The notes under the pieces: model-generated
Told to the model about the DNA's origin: nothing
The model's input: the letters and a program-made list of their open reading frames with translations, nothing else
The model's database searches: none
Shown: in pieces, positions 32,626 to 42,783 of the stretch
How positions within the stretch are numbered: the first letter of the stretch is position 1
Layout: each line of letters opens with the position of its first letter
Translations under genes and position numbers: made by a program
NCBI GenBank assembly: GCA_023257255.1
Contig: JALRCR010000002.1
Coordinates: 5,000 to 68,999 of the forward strand
Reading direction: 5' to 3'
Origin: Gammaproteobacteria bacterium
Lineage (GTDB): Bacteria; Pseudomonadota; Gammaproteobacteria; Ga0077536
DNA length: 64,000 nucleotides

Positions 32626-33407
32626 GTCATGCGCTCGGTGCGCCCGGGGCGCAACTGAAACCGGTCTTCGCCGCTGGTGCGGCCGTGCGCGTCATAGCGT
32701 CGTTCGACGAACAGGAGTTCGCCGCCGGGCTTGCGCAAAACCACGCTGGAACAGCGCGTGCCGTAGCCGGCGCCGCGAATAAAAATGGGGGCGAGCAGCC
32801 GTTCGCGTTCCAGCCCAACGCCGGTGTCGGGCAGCGCTGCATCTGGCGGCAGCGCGGCGTCCGCGAGCAGCATCAGCAGGGCCTCCACCAGCGCGTTCCC
32901 GCTCGCGCTGGCGGCGTGGCGAAAGCCCGCCTTCAAGCGCGTGAGCTTGGGCCAGTCCTCATCGATCGCGCCGTTGGAGAGCCCGAACAGCCCTTGCGTC
33001 AGCGGCCGCGCGGCGCTGTCGCGGTTACTCCAGGCCACCGCTTCGCTGTGATCCACGGCGACAAAATTGACGCCCGCATAGGCGCGGGCAGCGCCCTGTA
33101 GAGACGCCACGTAGTCGGCCGCGCGTTGTGCCGGTTGGGCGAGGTAGTCCCTGACCAGCAGGCCGCGCGAGCGCGGACCACTGGTGGGGGCGGCGCTGCG
33201 CACATTGGTCACCGCGGCGAAGCGCCCGTGCTGGTCAACGCCCAGCCAGGTGCCGCCGGCTTCCAGATCCCGTCCGGCGAGCAACGTCGGCTGGTCGGCC
33301 CAGGGCGCCGCATGCGCGGTGGGGCGGTCGTGGAATTCGTCACGATTGGCGGCGACGACGAGGTCGTAGTCGGGATGTTCGCGCAGCGCGACGACCAGCA
33401 CGCACAT
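32622..33407 (-). CDS. NRDE-family (TANGO2-like) protein
   Basis: Start at ATG 33407, giving 'MCVLVVALREHPDYDLVVAANRDEFHDRPT'. Its stop overlaps the egtB start (ATGA at 32622-32625). Confidence 0.75.
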   Translation of the reverse strand: MCVLVVALREHPDYDLVVAANRDEFHDRPTAHAAPWADQPTLLAGRDLEAGGTWLGVDQHGRFAAVTNVRSAAPTSGPRSRGLLVRDYLAQPAQRAADYVASLQGAARAYAGVNFVAVDHSEAVAWSNRDSAARPLTQGLFGLSNGAIDEDWPKLTRLKAGFRHAASASGNALVEALLMLLADAALPPDAALPDTGVGLERERLLAPIFIRGAGYGTRCSSVVLRKPGGELLFVERRYDAHGRTSGEDRFQLRPGRTERMT

Positions 33408-33427
33408 CGGGAGTAGCCGCGACGCGC

Positions 33428-33943
33428 CTAGTAATGCAGCAGCGCGTGGACCGGGCAATCGCCCAGTGCGGCGCGGCCCTGCAGGAAGTCGAGTTCGATC
33501 ACGAACGCGCAGCCGACCACCGTGGCGCCGGTCTGGCGGACCAGTGCGAGGCTGGCCGCGGCGGTGCCGCCGGTGGCCATCAGATCGTCGACCAGCAGCA
33601 CGCGGTCACCGGCGTCCAGCGCGTCCTGATGCATTTCCAGCGTCGCCGAGCCGTATTCCAGATCGTAGGCCACCGCATGGGTGGCGGCCGGCAGCTTGCC
33701 GGGCTTGCGCAAGGGCACGAAGCCCGCGTTCAGCGCCGCCGCGACCAGCGTGCCAAAAATGAAGCCGCGCGCCTCCATGCCCACGACCGCCGTCACCCCC
33801 GCCTCACGGAACGGTGCGGCCAGCGCCTCGGTGGTCATGCGCAGCGCGACCGGGTCGCGCATCAGCGGCGTGAGATCCTTGAACAGAATGCCGGGCTTGG
33901 GAAAATCCGGGATGTCGCGGATGCGGGATTTGATCAGATCCAT
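33428..33943 (-). CDS. apt: adenine phosphoribosyltransferase
   Basis: Start at ATG 33943. '[20 protein letters not shown]' and the PRPP motif '[14 protein letters not shown]'. Confidence 0.9.
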   Translation of the reverse strand: MDLIKSRIRDIPDFPKPGILFKDLTPLMRDPVALRMTTEALAAPFREAGVTAVVGMEARGFIFGTLVAAALNAGFVPLRKPGKLPAATHAVAYDLEYGSATLEMHQDALDAGDRVLLVDDLMATGGTAAASLALVRQTGATVVGCAFVIELDFLQGRAALGDCPVHALLHY

Positions 33944-33990
33944 GGGCGTGGTCTCGTGTGATTTCGGGGGGGGCGCTGTTCTGGCGTCGT

Positions 33991-35046
33991 TCAGCAACAA
34001 CCGCCGCCGCTGGCGACGCTGCCGACTGTGCCGGCGGTAAACGGCATGAGCGTGCCACAGCCTTCGAAGATTCCGTAGTGGGTGTCCCAGTTACCGTAGA
34101 AATCGAAATGCGGTCGCAGGCGGGTGTCGTGCAGCATGCGCCAGGTGTTGCCGCAGACGAGATGCATTTTGCCGGTGGTGAACACGTGGTGCTTGTCCAG
34201 CGTGAAGCTGGCGGCGGCTTCGCTCACCGAACCCCGATAGACGACGGCCTGACCGTAATCTTCGCAGGCGGGTTCCAGCGCCGGCAGTTTGAACAGACGC
34301 CAGGTGGCGGAGAAAAACTGAATCGGCGCCACGCGCGCCGCGAGCGGCTCGCCGGCGACCTGCACCGGCCTGTCTTCAACCAGTCGCGGATCGCGAAAGC
34401 CCGCGTCGCGCGCGAGGGCAAGAAAATCGTTCCAGTACAGCGCGCCGCCCAGACATTCGCCGTAGAGCACGGGGTCGCTGGCCACCGCTGCCGGCACGCG
34501 GCGGTCGGCGTAGATATCGGCGAAGTAAAACTCGCCGCCGGGCTTCAGCAAGCGCCAGGCGTTGGCGAGTACTGCGGCCTTGTCGGTGGCGAGGTTGATG
34601 ACGCAGTTAGAGATGATGAGGTCGAAGGAGCCGGCGGCCAGCGGTAAGTCTTCGAGCTGCTCGAGATAGCCTTCCAGAAACTGCACGTTAGAGCGCGCAT
34701 AGCCGAAGCGCGCGCGATGCCACTCGAGATGCGTATTCGCGACCGCCAGCTGCGCGGGCGTCATGTCGACGCCAACCACTTCGCCGGTTTCGCCGACGAG
34801 TTGCGCCAGCACGTAGCAGTCGCGGCCGCTGCCCGAACCCAGATCGAGCACGCGCAGCCCTTGCAAGACCGGCGGGCAGACCAGTCCGCAGCCGTAGTAG
34901 CGGGTCAGTACTTCCGGGTGGACCTGTGCCAGCGCCGCGCGCAGCGCGGGCGGCATGGGCTGGTCGGTGGTGCAGGCCGAGGTCTTGAGGTCGGCGGTCT
35001 GTTGCACGACCTCACCGTAATAATGCTGGACGGCGTCACGCATCAA
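33991..35046 (-). CDS. ArsM-like class-I SAM-dependent methyltransferase
   Basis: 351 aa. '[20 protein letters not shown]', 'YYGCGL', '[31 protein letters not shown]', '[15 protein letters not shown]'. C-terminus is '...GGGCC'. Confidence 0.7.
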   Translation of the reverse strand: MMRDAVQHYYGEVVQQTADLKTSACTTDQPMPPALRAALAQVHPEVLTRYYGCGLVCPPVLQGLRVLDLGSGSGRDCYVLAQLVGETGEVVGVDMTPAQLAVANTHLEWHRARFGYARSNVQFLEGYLEQLEDLPLAAGSFDLIISNCVINLATDKAAVLANAWRLLKPGGEFYFADIYADRRVPAAVASDPVLYGECLGGALYWNDFLALARDAGFRDPRLVEDRPVQVAGEPLAARVAPIQFFSATWRLFKLPALEPACEDYGQAVVYRGSVSEAAASFTLDKHHVFTTGKMHLVCGNTWRMLHDTRLRPHFDFYGNWDTHYGIFEGCGTLMPFTAGTVGSVASGGGCC

Positions 35047-35061
35047 AAATGCTCCTTTGGA

Positions 35062-36498
35062 TCACGGCGGCGGCGAGACGATCAGGGGCTGGCCGGGCTG
35101 TAAGTCCTGTTTCGCCTTCAGTCTGTTCCAGCGCTGCAGGTCTTTAACCGTGACCTTGAATTGCCGCGCAATCGTCCACAGCGAATCGCCCTCGCGCACC
35201 GCGTAAGACTGGGCGCGCGCAGATTTTGCGGCCTTCGTGGCTTTTGCGGGCTTTGCCGCGTTGGCGCTACGGGCTGGGCGGGACGACGCGCCCAGGGCAA
35301 TTTTCTGGCCCGGTTGCAGCACGCTGGACGGCTTGAGTCCGTTGGCGGCCGCCAGCCGATCGACGTTGAGGTGGTAGCGTCGCGCGATCGTCCACAGGGA
35401 ATCGCCGGCCTTGACCGTGTGCGTCTTGCCGCTCGTGGTCGGCTTGCCGGTAGATTCGGCGACCAGCGTCGGTACCGGGCTGGGCGGCAGGCGCGCGACG
35501 AGCTGGCGTGCGGCGGCGGCCTTGCTCACGGGCACCAGCACATCGGCGTGGACTTTGGGACCCGTGTGCTGACGACGCCAGCCGGGGTTGAGCGCGCGAA
35601 AAGTGGCGTCGTCGATGTTGAGTTCGCGGGCCAAGGCGCGCAGGTCGGTCGGGCCGCGCAAGCTGACGCGTTCAAACGACGGGGCATTGGGTAACGCGGG
35701 CAGGCTGAGCCCATGACGCGCCGGTTCACGCACCACGATCGCCAGCGCCAGCAGGCGTGCGACCAGTTCCCTGGTCTCGCGGCTGACGTCGAGCGACCAG
35801 AGGTCGATGGCTTTACTGTTGCGGCGCTGTTTGACGACAGCGCGTTCGATCGTGCCCCAGCCGGCGTTGTAGGCCGCGACCGCCAGCAGCCAGTCGCCAT
35901 CAAAGCGCTGCTGTAACGCGGCGAGGTATTGCAAGGCGGCGTCGGTGGACTGGATGACGTCGAGCCGGCCATCGAACCAGGGACTGAGACCAAGCCCGAG
36001 CTTGTTGCTGGTGCCGCTCATGAACTGCCACAGCCCCGCCGCGCCGTAGGGTGATTTCACCGTCGGGTTGTAGCCACTTTCGATGATCGGCAGCAGTGCC
36101 AGCTCGCCGGGCATGCCGCGACGGGCCAGTTCGCCGGCGACGTAGTGCAGATAGGGCGCGGCGCTGGTCGCGACCTTGTTCAGGTATTTGGGATTGTTTT
36201 CCAGCCACTCGAGCTCGCGCCGGACTTCGATGCGCGCAGCGTCCGGGAGCGAGAATTGGGCGGGCAGGGATTGCCAGAGGTCGTCACCCGCCACCGCGGC
36301 CGGCTGCGGTGGCGTTGCGGGCTCGACGGCGGGCGGCTGCTCGTGCCCGGCGGGCGGCTTGTGCGCGTGACTTTCAACCGGCGCAGGCTGTCGGGGCGGG
36401 GCGCGGGAAGGTTGCACGAGGCCGCCACTGCAAGCGGCCAACGCGAGGGCGCAAACAGCCATCGCGGCGGTTCGCGAGTGTCGAGAATAACCGGGCAT
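35062..36498 (-). CDS. mltD: membrane-bound lytic murein transglycosylase D (SLT domain + two LysM repeats), lipoprotein
   Basis: 478 aa. Lipobox 'LALAAC'. 'LLPIIESGYNP...GAAGLWQFM...AYNAG'. Two C-terminal LysM repeats ('HTVKAGDSLWTIARRY', 'YAVREGDSLWTIARQF'). Confidence 0.9.
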   Translation of the reverse strand: MPGYSRHSRTAAMAVCALALAACSGGLVQPSRAPPRQPAPVESHAHKPPAGHEQPPAVEPATPPQPAAVAGDDLWQSLPAQFSLPDAARIEVRRELEWLENNPKYLNKVATSAAPYLHYVAGELARRGMPGELALLPIIESGYNPTVKSPYGAAGLWQFMSGTSNKLGLGLSPWFDGRLDVIQSTDAALQYLAALQQRFDGDWLLAVAAYNAGWGTIERAVVKQRRNSKAIDLWSLDVSRETRELVARLLALAIVVREPARHGLSLPALPNAPSFERVSLRGPTDLRALARELNIDDATFRALNPGWRRQHTGPKVHADVLVPVSKAAAARQLVARLPPSPVPTLVAESTGKPTTSGKTHTVKAGDSLWTIARRYHLNVDRLAAANGLKPSSVLQPGQKIALGASSRPARSANAAKPAKATKAAKSARAQSYAVREGDSLWTIARQFKVTVKDLQRWNRLKAKQDLQPGQPLIVSPPP

Positions 36499-36615
36499 GG
36501 CCGTATGCTAGGCGGGCCCGTTTTCTACCGTCAACCTTGAGGCCCTGTGCTGCGCAGGCCTTGCTGCAATCGCCAAGACTGAAAATGACCATCGCTGCGA
36601 CCCTGTGGATGAGGC

Positions 36616-37410
36616 ATGACTGAGCGGACCGAAGCGCCGCGCGCCGGTTCGGCGACCCCGGCTAATGGCCTGCAGGGCTGGTTTTCGACGGTCGCAGGCG
36701 CGGCCGTCGCCGCCGCTGAGGCGCAGCTCGCGGCCGTGGCGCTGTCGGACCTCTTTGGCTACCACCTTGTGCAGTTGGGCCGTCCCCACGAGGCCTCGCT
36801 GCTGGCTGGCAGTCGGATCAGCCATCACATCACGCTGGGAGGCAATCCGGCGGAGCCGGGCCTGTCGGCCTATGCCCGAAGCGATGCATTACCGCTGCAG
36901 GCGGCGACGGTGGATGTGCTGGTGCTGCCGCATGGTCTTGAGTTCGCGGACGACCCACACGGGGTCTTGCGCGAAGCGGAACGGGTGCTGATACCTGAAG
37001 GGTACCTGCTGGTTTTTGCGTTCAATCCGTGGAGCCTGTTCGGGCTTTGGCGGCTATTCAGTCGCTGGCGAGGGGAGTACCCGTGGCGCGGGCGCTTTGT
37101 CCGTCCCGCGCGCCTCAAGGACTGGCTGGCGGTGCTCGGCTTCGAAGTGGTGAATGCTGGCGGGCTGTCCTTTCGACCGCCCCTGCGGGATCCGGGCTGG
37201 TTTGCGCGGCTGGCGTGGATGGAGCGTCCGGCGGCTTATTTTCTGCCGCGGCTGGGCAATGTGTACTGGATTCTGGCGCGTAAGCGCGTGCCCGCCGCGC
37301 GCCCGATCCGGGCCTTGCGCGCGCGCCGTCGCCGGCTCCGCGCGACGGTGGCGGAATCTCCTCTTGGACAGCGGCGCAACGAGATAAAGGACCCGGACGA
37401 TGGCAGATAA
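36616..37410 (+). CDS. class-I SAM-dependent methyltransferase (YafS-like position upstream of rnhA)
   Basis: 264 aa. '[42 protein letters not shown]'. Synteny matches E. coli mltD-gloB-yafS-rnhA-dnaQ. Confidence 0.7.
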   Translation: MTERTEAPRAGSATPANGLQGWFSTVAGAAVAAAEAQLAAVALSDLFGYHLVQLGRPHEASLLAGSRISHHITLGGNPAEPGLSAYARSDALPLQAATVDVLVLPHGLEFADDPHGVLREAERVLIPEGYLLVFAFNPWSLFGLWRLFSRWRGEYPWRGRFVRPARLKDWLAVLGFEVVNAGGLSFRPPLRDPGWFARLAWMERPAAYFLPRLGNVYWILARKRVPAARPIRALRARRRRLRATVAESPLGQRRNEIKDPDDGR

Positions 37411-37861
37411 CGAAGCGGCGGTGGTGGTCTATACAGACGGCGGTTGTCGCGGCAATCCCGGGCCGGGCGCCTGGGCGGCATTGCTCCGCTACGGTGCGCA
37501 CGAGCGCGAGCTGAGCGGTGCCGAGCCGATCACCACCAACAACCGCATGGAACTGATGGGCGCGATCGTCGCCCTCGAAACCCTGACCCGCGCCAGTCGC
37601 GTGGTGCTCTACACCGATTCGCAGTACGTCAAAAAAGGCATGACCGAATGGTTACGCAGCTGGGTTGCACGCGGCTGGCTGACGGCCGACCGCAAACCGG
37701 TCAAAAATGCCGACCTGTGGCAGCGGCTGCAGACGGCGGCGGAACGTCATCAGGTGGACTGGCGCTGGGTTCGCGGTCACGCCGGTGATCCGGGCAACGA
37801 ACGCGTGGATCTGCTGGCCAATCAGGCCATGGATAAATTAATCGCGCAGCAGCGCGGCTGA
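37400..37861 (+). CDS. rnhA: ribonuclease HI
   Basis: 153 aa. '[22 protein letters not shown]', '[12 protein letters not shown]', '[18 protein letters not shown]'. Confidence 0.95.
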   Translation: MADNEAAVVVYTDGGCRGNPGPGAWAALLRYGAHERELSGAEPITTNNRMELMGAIVALETLTRASRVVLYTDSQYVKKGMTEWLRSWVARGWLTADRKPVKNADLWQRLQTAAERHQVDWRWVRGHAGDPGNERVDLLANQAMDKLIAQQRG

Positions 37862-37873
37862 AGGAGACTGCGG

Positions 37874-38611
37874 GTGAGCAAGCGGCAAATCGTGCTGGAT
37901 ACCGAAACTACCGGCTTGTCGGTCGAGGACGACCACCGCATCGTTGAAATTGGCTGCATTGAACTGCGCGACCGGCGGCCCAGCGAGAGCCGGTTTCACT
38001 GCTATCTCAATCCCGAGCGGGAAGTAGACGCCGGTGCGATGGAAGTCCACGGCATCTCGCGCGAGCGGCTCCGCGATGCGCCGCGCTTCGCTGAAGTGGT
38101 GGAAGCCTTCATCGAGTTTGTGCGCGGTGCCGAGATCATCATTCATAACGCGCGCTTCGACGTGGGCTTCATCGACCACGAACTGGCTCGCCTTGGACCG
38201 AACTGGGGGCAGTTAGGCGACTACTGCACGGTGCTCGACACGCTGGAGGAGGCGCGGAAGCTGCACCCCGGGCAGCGCAACAGCCTGGATGCGCTGTGCA
38301 AACGCTATGAAGTCGACAATACGCACCGCACCCTGCACGGCGCGCTGCTGGATGCGGAACTGCTGGCGGATGTCTATCTGGCAATGACGGGCGGGCAGAC
38401 CGCGCTGTTGCTGGAACCCGAGAGCGCGCCGGTGTCGGCAGAAGATGCGGCTGAACGCCTGCATCAGCGCCAGCTCAATCGACCGGCGCTGCGGGTGCTG
38501 ATGCCTTCGGCGGCGGAGCAGGCCAGCCACGAGGCGCGGCTGGCGGTGATCCAGAAACGCAGCGGCGGTCAGTGCCTGTGGTTGGCCCAGACCGCGCCGG
38601 TAACGGGCTGA
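37874..38611 (+). CDS. dnaQ: DNA polymerase III subunit epsilon (3'-5' proofreading exonuclease)
   Basis: 245 aa, GTG start. Exo motifs 'IVLDTETTGL', 'IIHNARFDVGFI', 'HGALLDAELLADVY'. Confidence 0.95.
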   Translation: MSKRQIVLDTETTGLSVEDDHRIVEIGCIELRDRRPSESRFHCYLNPEREVDAGAMEVHGISRERLRDAPRFAEVVEAFIEFVRGAEIIIHNARFDVGFIDHELARLGPNWGQLGDYCTVLDTLEEARKLHPGQRNSLDALCKRYEVDNTHRTLHGALLDAELLADVYLAMTGGQTALLLEPESAPVSAEDAAERLHQRQLNRPALRVLMPSAAEQASHEARLAVIQKRSGGQCLWLAQTAPVTG

Positions 38612-38923
38612 TCAGGCCTGCGGGCTGACCATCTTCTGCAGGTCGCCCGACTGGTAGAGGTCGAGCACGATGTCGCAACCGCCAACGAGCTCGCCATCGA
38701 TGAAGACCTGCGGGAAGGTCGGCCAGTCCGAATAGCGCGGCAGGTTCTGCCGGATCTCGGGTTCGGCCAGCACGTCGACGGCGTGAAACTCGGCGCCGAC
38801 TGCCTTCAGGGCCTGCGCGGTACGCATCGAAAATCCGCATTGCGGAAATTGCGGCGTGCCTTTCATGAAGAGCACGATGCGATGGTCGCTCAGGGTGTTC
38901 TGGATTCGTTCAATAATGTCCAT
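38612..38923 (-). CDS. grxD: Grx4-family monothiol glutaredoxin
   Basis: Start at ATG 38923. 'VLFMKGTPQFPQCGFS' (CGFS site) and 'WPTFPQVFIDGELVGGCDI'. Confidence 0.9.
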   Translation of the reverse strand: MDIIERIQNTLSDHRIVLFMKGTPQFPQCGFSMRTAQALKAVGAEFHAVDVLAEPEIRQNLPRYSDWPTFPQVFIDGELVGGCDIVLDLYQSGDLQKMVSPQA

Positions 38924-39153
38924 GCGAGCTTCCTCGAAGGTCTGTAACGTGAACCGCAGTGTAGGGCGTGTGAGGTCTGCAAATAAACCGACGGGGACCA
39001 AGGTTTCGGCGTCGTCCCGGGTTGTTCGGTCAGTAACGCACAGCGCGCAGGCTTGAATCTTCAAAGTGCGTCATTGAAAATGGCCCGGCTTGGCGTTTTG
39101 CTCTTTAGCGTCACCATCCTCACCGCACGCAGACCTCACTGGGAGAACATCGC

Positions 39154-39249
39154 ATGAATCCGTTAGATACTCTGAAGGGCACGGTAATCGCCGGCGTCGT
39201 GCTGGCAGTCGTGCTTGCTTTTGTCGCCACCAAACTGGCGGGCGGCTAA
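39154..39249 (+). CDS. candidate 31-aa single-TM small protein (absent from the ORF track)
   Basis: ATG 39154 is preceded by 'GGGAGA' at 39141-39146. It translates to MNPLDTLKGTVIAGVVLAVVLAFVATKLAGG, with TAA at 39247-39249. Confidence 0.35.
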   Translation: MNPLDTLKGTVIAGVVLAVVLAFVATKLAGG

Positions 39250-39292
39250 TCCGCTCTCTCCTCCGTCCAAGCTCTGAGCAAAGGAAACCCTG

Positions 39293-39823
39293 ATGGAATT
39301 CGCAATTTTTGCCCGCTGGTTGCATATCGTGGCTGGTGTGATGTGGATTGGCCTGCTGTATTACTTCAATTTCGTTCAGGTGCCGGCGCTTGCGCAGGCC
39401 ACCTCGGAGGCGAACTCCGGTGGCCCCGGCGGCGCAGCGATTACCAAGTACGTCGCGCCCCGCGCGCTGTTCTGGTTCCGCTATGCGGCGCTCGTTACCT
39501 GGTTGACCGGTGCCTACTATCTGGCCGTCAGCCCCTACACGCTGCACGGCGCGTTCACACTGGGCCTTGGCCTTGCCGAGCCCGCAGCGAGCGTCACCTA
39601 CATCGGCTTCGGCGCGTGGCTGGGTACCATCATGCTGCTGAACGTATGGGGTCTCATCTGGCCGAACCAGAAGAAGATTCTGGGCATCGTGCCGGCAACC
39701 GATGAGCAGAAGGCCCGCGCTCGTCGCGTGGCATTTCTGGCGTCCCGCACCAACACCATGCTGTCGATCCCGATGCTGATGTTCATGCAGGCCGGCGCGC
39801 ACGGCTTGCCGTTCTTCGGCTAA
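39293..39823 (+). CDS. conserved multi-pass membrane protein of unknown function
   Basis: 176 aa with about 4 TM helices. 'ARWLHIVAGVMWIGLLYYFNFVQVP' resembles the W-H-x3-G-x2-WIG motif of the membrane domain of PuuD-type proteins (from memory, unverified). Confidence 0.6.
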   Translation: MEFAIFARWLHIVAGVMWIGLLYYFNFVQVPALAQATSEANSGGPGGAAITKYVAPRALFWFRYAALVTWLTGAYYLAVSPYTLHGAFTLGLGLAEPAASVTYIGFGAWLGTIMLLNVWGLIWPNQKKILGIVPATDEQKARARRVAFLASRTNTMLSIPMLMFMQAGAHGLPFFG

Positions 39824-39851
39824 GTCGCAGACCAGCAGCGTCATCGATTAA

Positions 39852-39887
39852 GTTGAGCCCGGCCGCTTGGCCGGGCTCAACGTTTCT
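39852..39887 (+). terminator. rho-independent terminator
   Basis: Perfect 13-bp stem GTTGAGCCCGGCC / GGCCGGGCTCAAC (39852-39864 and 39869-39881), GCTT loop, then GTTTCT. Confidence 0.7.
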
Positions 39888-39911
39888 GGAACCCCGACCG
39901 CAGGCAAGTCC

Positions 39912-41111
39912 ATGTCCAATGCAGCCGTGATGGCCACCTATGGCCGGATGAACGTTACTTTCAGCCGGGGCGAAGGCGTGTGGCTGTGGGATACCGAAGG
40001 CAAGCGTTATCTGGATGCCTTGAGCGGTATCGCCGTGTGCGGACTGGGACACGCCCACCCGCGACTGGCGGCGGCGCTCTGCGAGCAGGCGAGCCAACTT
40101 TGGCACACCTCAAATCTTTACCGCATTGAGTGGCAGGAGCGTCTGGCGGAAACGCTGGCGCGCAAAACCGGGCTTGATGCGGCCTTCTTCGCGAACTCCG
40201 GCGCCGAGGCCAACGAGGCGGCAATCAAGCTTGCGCGACTCTACGGGCACCGCAAAGGCATTGAGTGCCCGGTGATCGTGAGCATGGAAGGCAGCTTCCA
40301 CGGGCGCACGATGGGCTCGCTGAGCGCGACCGGCAACAAGAAAGTCCATCAGGGCTTCACGCCTTTGCTTGAAGGCTTCGTCCGCGTGCCCTACGGCGAT
40401 TTCGCCGCCTTGCAGGCCGTGGTCGACGCGACCCCGGCGGTGGTCGCCGTGCTGGTCGAACCGGTGCAGGGCGAAGGCGGCATCGTGATTCCACCGGCTG
40501 ACTATCTGCCGCAAATCCGGGCGCTGTGCGATCGGGCGGGTCTGCTGCTCATGGTCGACGAAGTCCAGACCGGCATGGGGCGTACCGGTACCTGGTTTGG
40601 CTTTGAGCACGCCGGCATTCGACCGGACGTGGTTAGTCTGGCCAAAGGACTGGGCAACGGCTTTCCGATCGGGGCCTGCGTGGCCGGCGGTGCGGCGGCC
40701 TCGGTGCTGCAGCCCGGGACCCACGGTTCGACCTTTGGCGGTAATCCTCTGGCCGCCTGCGTCGCCTACACCGTCTGCGACATTCTGGAAACCACCGATT
40801 TGCCCGCCCGGGCCGGCGCGCTGGGCGCCGCCGTGCTGTCCCACTTCCGCGACCGGCTGGGCAAGCGAGCCGGCGTGGTCGACATCCGCGGCAAGGGCCT
40901 CATGATCGGCCTTGAGCTCGACCGGCCCTGCGGCGAACTGGTCGGCAAGGCACTGGCAAATGGTCTGCTGATCAACGTCACCGCCGAGCGCGTCGTGCGC
41001 CTGTTGCCACCGCTGGTGATGAGCGACGATGAAGCGGCCCAGATGGTCGACGGCGTCAGTGCCCTGATTGAAACCTTTCTGGATGAAGCGGCTAGCCCGA
41101 CCAGCGTATGA
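39912..41111 (+). CDS. argD: acetylornithine aminotransferase
   Basis: Start at ATG 39912, downstream of the terminator hairpin. '[17 protein letters not shown]', '[11 protein letters not shown]', '[13 protein letters not shown]', '[11 protein letters not shown]'. ATGA overlap with argF. Confidence 0.85.
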   Translation: MSNAAVMATYGRMNVTFSRGEGVWLWDTEGKRYLDALSGIAVCGLGHAHPRLAAALCEQASQLWHTSNLYRIEWQERLAETLARKTGLDAAFFANSGAEANEAAIKLARLYGHRKGIECPVIVSMEGSFHGRTMGSLSATGNKKVHQGFTPLLEGFVRVPYGDFAALQAVVDATPAVVAVLVEPVQGEGGIVIPPADYLPQIRALCDRAGLLLMVDEVQTGMGRTGTWFGFEHAGIRPDVVSLAKGLGNGFPIGACVAGGAAASVLQPGTHGSTFGGNPLAACVAYTVCDILETTDLPARAGALGAAVLSHFRDRLGKRAGVVDIRGKGLMIGLELDRPCGELVGKALANGLLINVTAERVVRLLPPLVMSDDEAAQMVDGVSALIETFLDEAASPTSV

Positions 41112-42022
41112 GCGTGCGTCACCTCGTTAATTTTGCCGACCTTTCGGCAGATGAAATCCGTGGGCTGATCGCCCGCGCGACTGAACTCAAGCAGCGACGC
41201 GCCAAAGGCGACAAGCCGCGCATTTTCGAGCACAAGGTGCTGGTGATGATTTTTGAGAAATCGTCGACCCGTACCCGGGTGTCTTTCGAGACCGCGATGC
41301 TTGAAGGCGGCGGTGGCGCGGTGTTCCTGTCGCCGCGCGACTCGCAACTTGGCCGCGGCGAGCCGGTGGAAGATACCGCCCGGGTGCTGAGCGAAATGTG
41401 CGACGCGATCATGGTGCGCACCTTCGCGCACGATACGGTCGAGCGACTGGCGGCACACGCCCGCGTCCCGGTCATCAACGGACTGACCGACCGTTCCCAT
41501 CCCTGCCAGCTGTTGGCCGACATGCAAACCTTTTTCGAGCATCGCGGCGACATCGCCGGGCGCAAGGTGGCGTGGGTGGGTGACGGCAACAACATGTGCA
41601 ATACCTATATCGAGGCGGCCGCCACGCTGGGCTTTGAACTGGCCGTTGCGGTGCCACCCGGATTTGAGCCGGCGCTGCTGTCGCCGCAGGCCAGTGCCAA
41701 TCCGCGCATCACGCTGTGTCGCGACCCGCAGGAAGCCGTGCGCGGGGCCGACCTGGTCGTGACCGACGTGTGGGTCAGCATGGGACAGGAGCAGGAAGCG
41801 CAACGACGGCGCGAGCAACTGGCGGCCTATCAGGTCGATGCGGCACTGATGGCCAAAGCCGCGCCGGGCGCTCTGTTCATGCACTGTCTGCCCGCCCATC
41901 GGGGCGAAGAGGTAGCGAGCGAGGTGCTGGACGCGCCGGGCTCCGTGGTGTGGGACGAGGCGGGCAATCGGTTGCACGCACAGAAGGCCCTGCTCGAATT
42001 TCTCTTCAAGCACGTCGGCTGA
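41108..42022 (+). CDS. argF: ornithine carbamoyltransferase
   Basis: 304 aa. '[13 protein letters not shown]', 'HPCQLLAD', '[12 protein letters not shown]'. Confidence 0.95.
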   Translation: MSVRHLVNFADLSADEIRGLIARATELKQRRAKGDKPRIFEHKVLVMIFEKSSTRTRVSFETAMLEGGGGAVFLSPRDSQLGRGEPVEDTARVLSEMCDAIMVRTFAHDTVERLAAHARVPVINGLTDRSHPCQLLADMQTFFEHRGDIAGRKVAWVGDGNNMCNTYIEAAATLGFELAVAVPPGFEPALLSPQASANPRITLCRDPQEAVRGADLVVTDVWVSMGQEQEAQRRREQLAAYQVDAALMAKAAPGALFMHCLPAHRGEEVASEVLDAPGSVVWDEAGNRLHAQKALLEFLFKHVG

Positions 42023-42026
42023 TCGC

Positions 42027-42773
42027 GTGCGGCTGCTGTTGTCCAACGACGACGGCTACCGCGCGCCCGGATTGGCCGCGCTGGCCGAGGCGCTGGCCGA
42101 CCTCGGCGAGATCACCGTGGTGGCGCCCGAGCGCAATCGCAGCGGTGCCAGCAACTCACTCACCCTTGACCGTCCACTGCGCGTTAGTCCCGTGGGCGAA
42201 AACCGCTATGCCGTGGACGGGACCCCCGCTGATTGCGTCTATCTGGCGCTGACCACCTTGCTGGAGGCGCCGCCCGATCTGGTCGTCTCCGGCATCAATG
42301 CCGGCGAAAATCTGGGCGACGACGTGCTCTATTCGGGTACCGTTGCCGCCGCGATGGAAGGCTGTCTGCTGGGCACGCCAGCGCTGGCTTTGTCTCTGGC
42401 GAGCCCTGAACCCAGAGATTATGCTAGGGCCGCCGGTATCGCCCGGGCGCTGGTCGAGAAGGTGCTACGTGAGGGGATGGCCAAAGACTGGCTGCTCAAC
42501 GTGAACATTCCGCGCGGCGCCGAGGCCACGCTGGCGCAGGCCCGCGTCACCCGTCTGGGGCGCCGCACGCGGCAGGCCGGGACTATCCGGCAGTTCGACC
42601 CGCGTGGCGTGCCGGTCTACTGGTTGGGGCCAGCGGGCGAGCCCGGTACCGAAGCAGGGCCCGGCACCGATTTTCACGCCATTGCCGACGGTTGTGTCTC
42701 GATCACCCCTTTGCAGATGGACCTTTCGGCTTACGCAAACATGGAAAAACTCGTGACATGGCTGGGGACTTAG
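42027..42773 (+). CDS. surE: 5'/3'-nucleotidase SurE
   Basis: 248 aa, GTG start. 'LLLSNDDGYRAPGL', 'APERNRSGASNSLT', 'GINAGENLGDDVLYSGTVAAAMEG'. Confidence 0.95.
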   Translation: MRLLLSNDDGYRAPGLAALAEALADLGEITVVAPERNRSGASNSLTLDRPLRVSPVGENRYAVDGTPADCVYLALTTLLEAPPDLVVSGINAGENLGDDVLYSGTVAAAMEGCLLGTPALALSLASPEPRDYARAAGIARALVEKVLREGMAKDWLLNVNIPRGAEATLAQARVTRLGRRTRQAGTIRQFDPRGVPVYWLGPAGEPGTEAGPGTDFHAIADGCVSITPLQMDLSAYANMEKLVTWLGT

Positions 42774-42783
42774 CATCGCGACC

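Noticed and set aside
33991-35046. Arsenic-resistance island
   Set aside because: Only an ArsM-like methyltransferase is present, with no arsR, arsC, arsB or acr3 and no mobility genes.
39867-39911. Upstream ATG for argD
   Set aside because: It starts inside the 13-bp terminator hairpin of the preceding gene. ATG 39912 gives the usual 'M..A.M.TY.R' acetylornithine aminotransferase N-terminus.
40766-42046. 426-aa ORF on the minus strand
   Set aside because: It is antisense to argD and argF.
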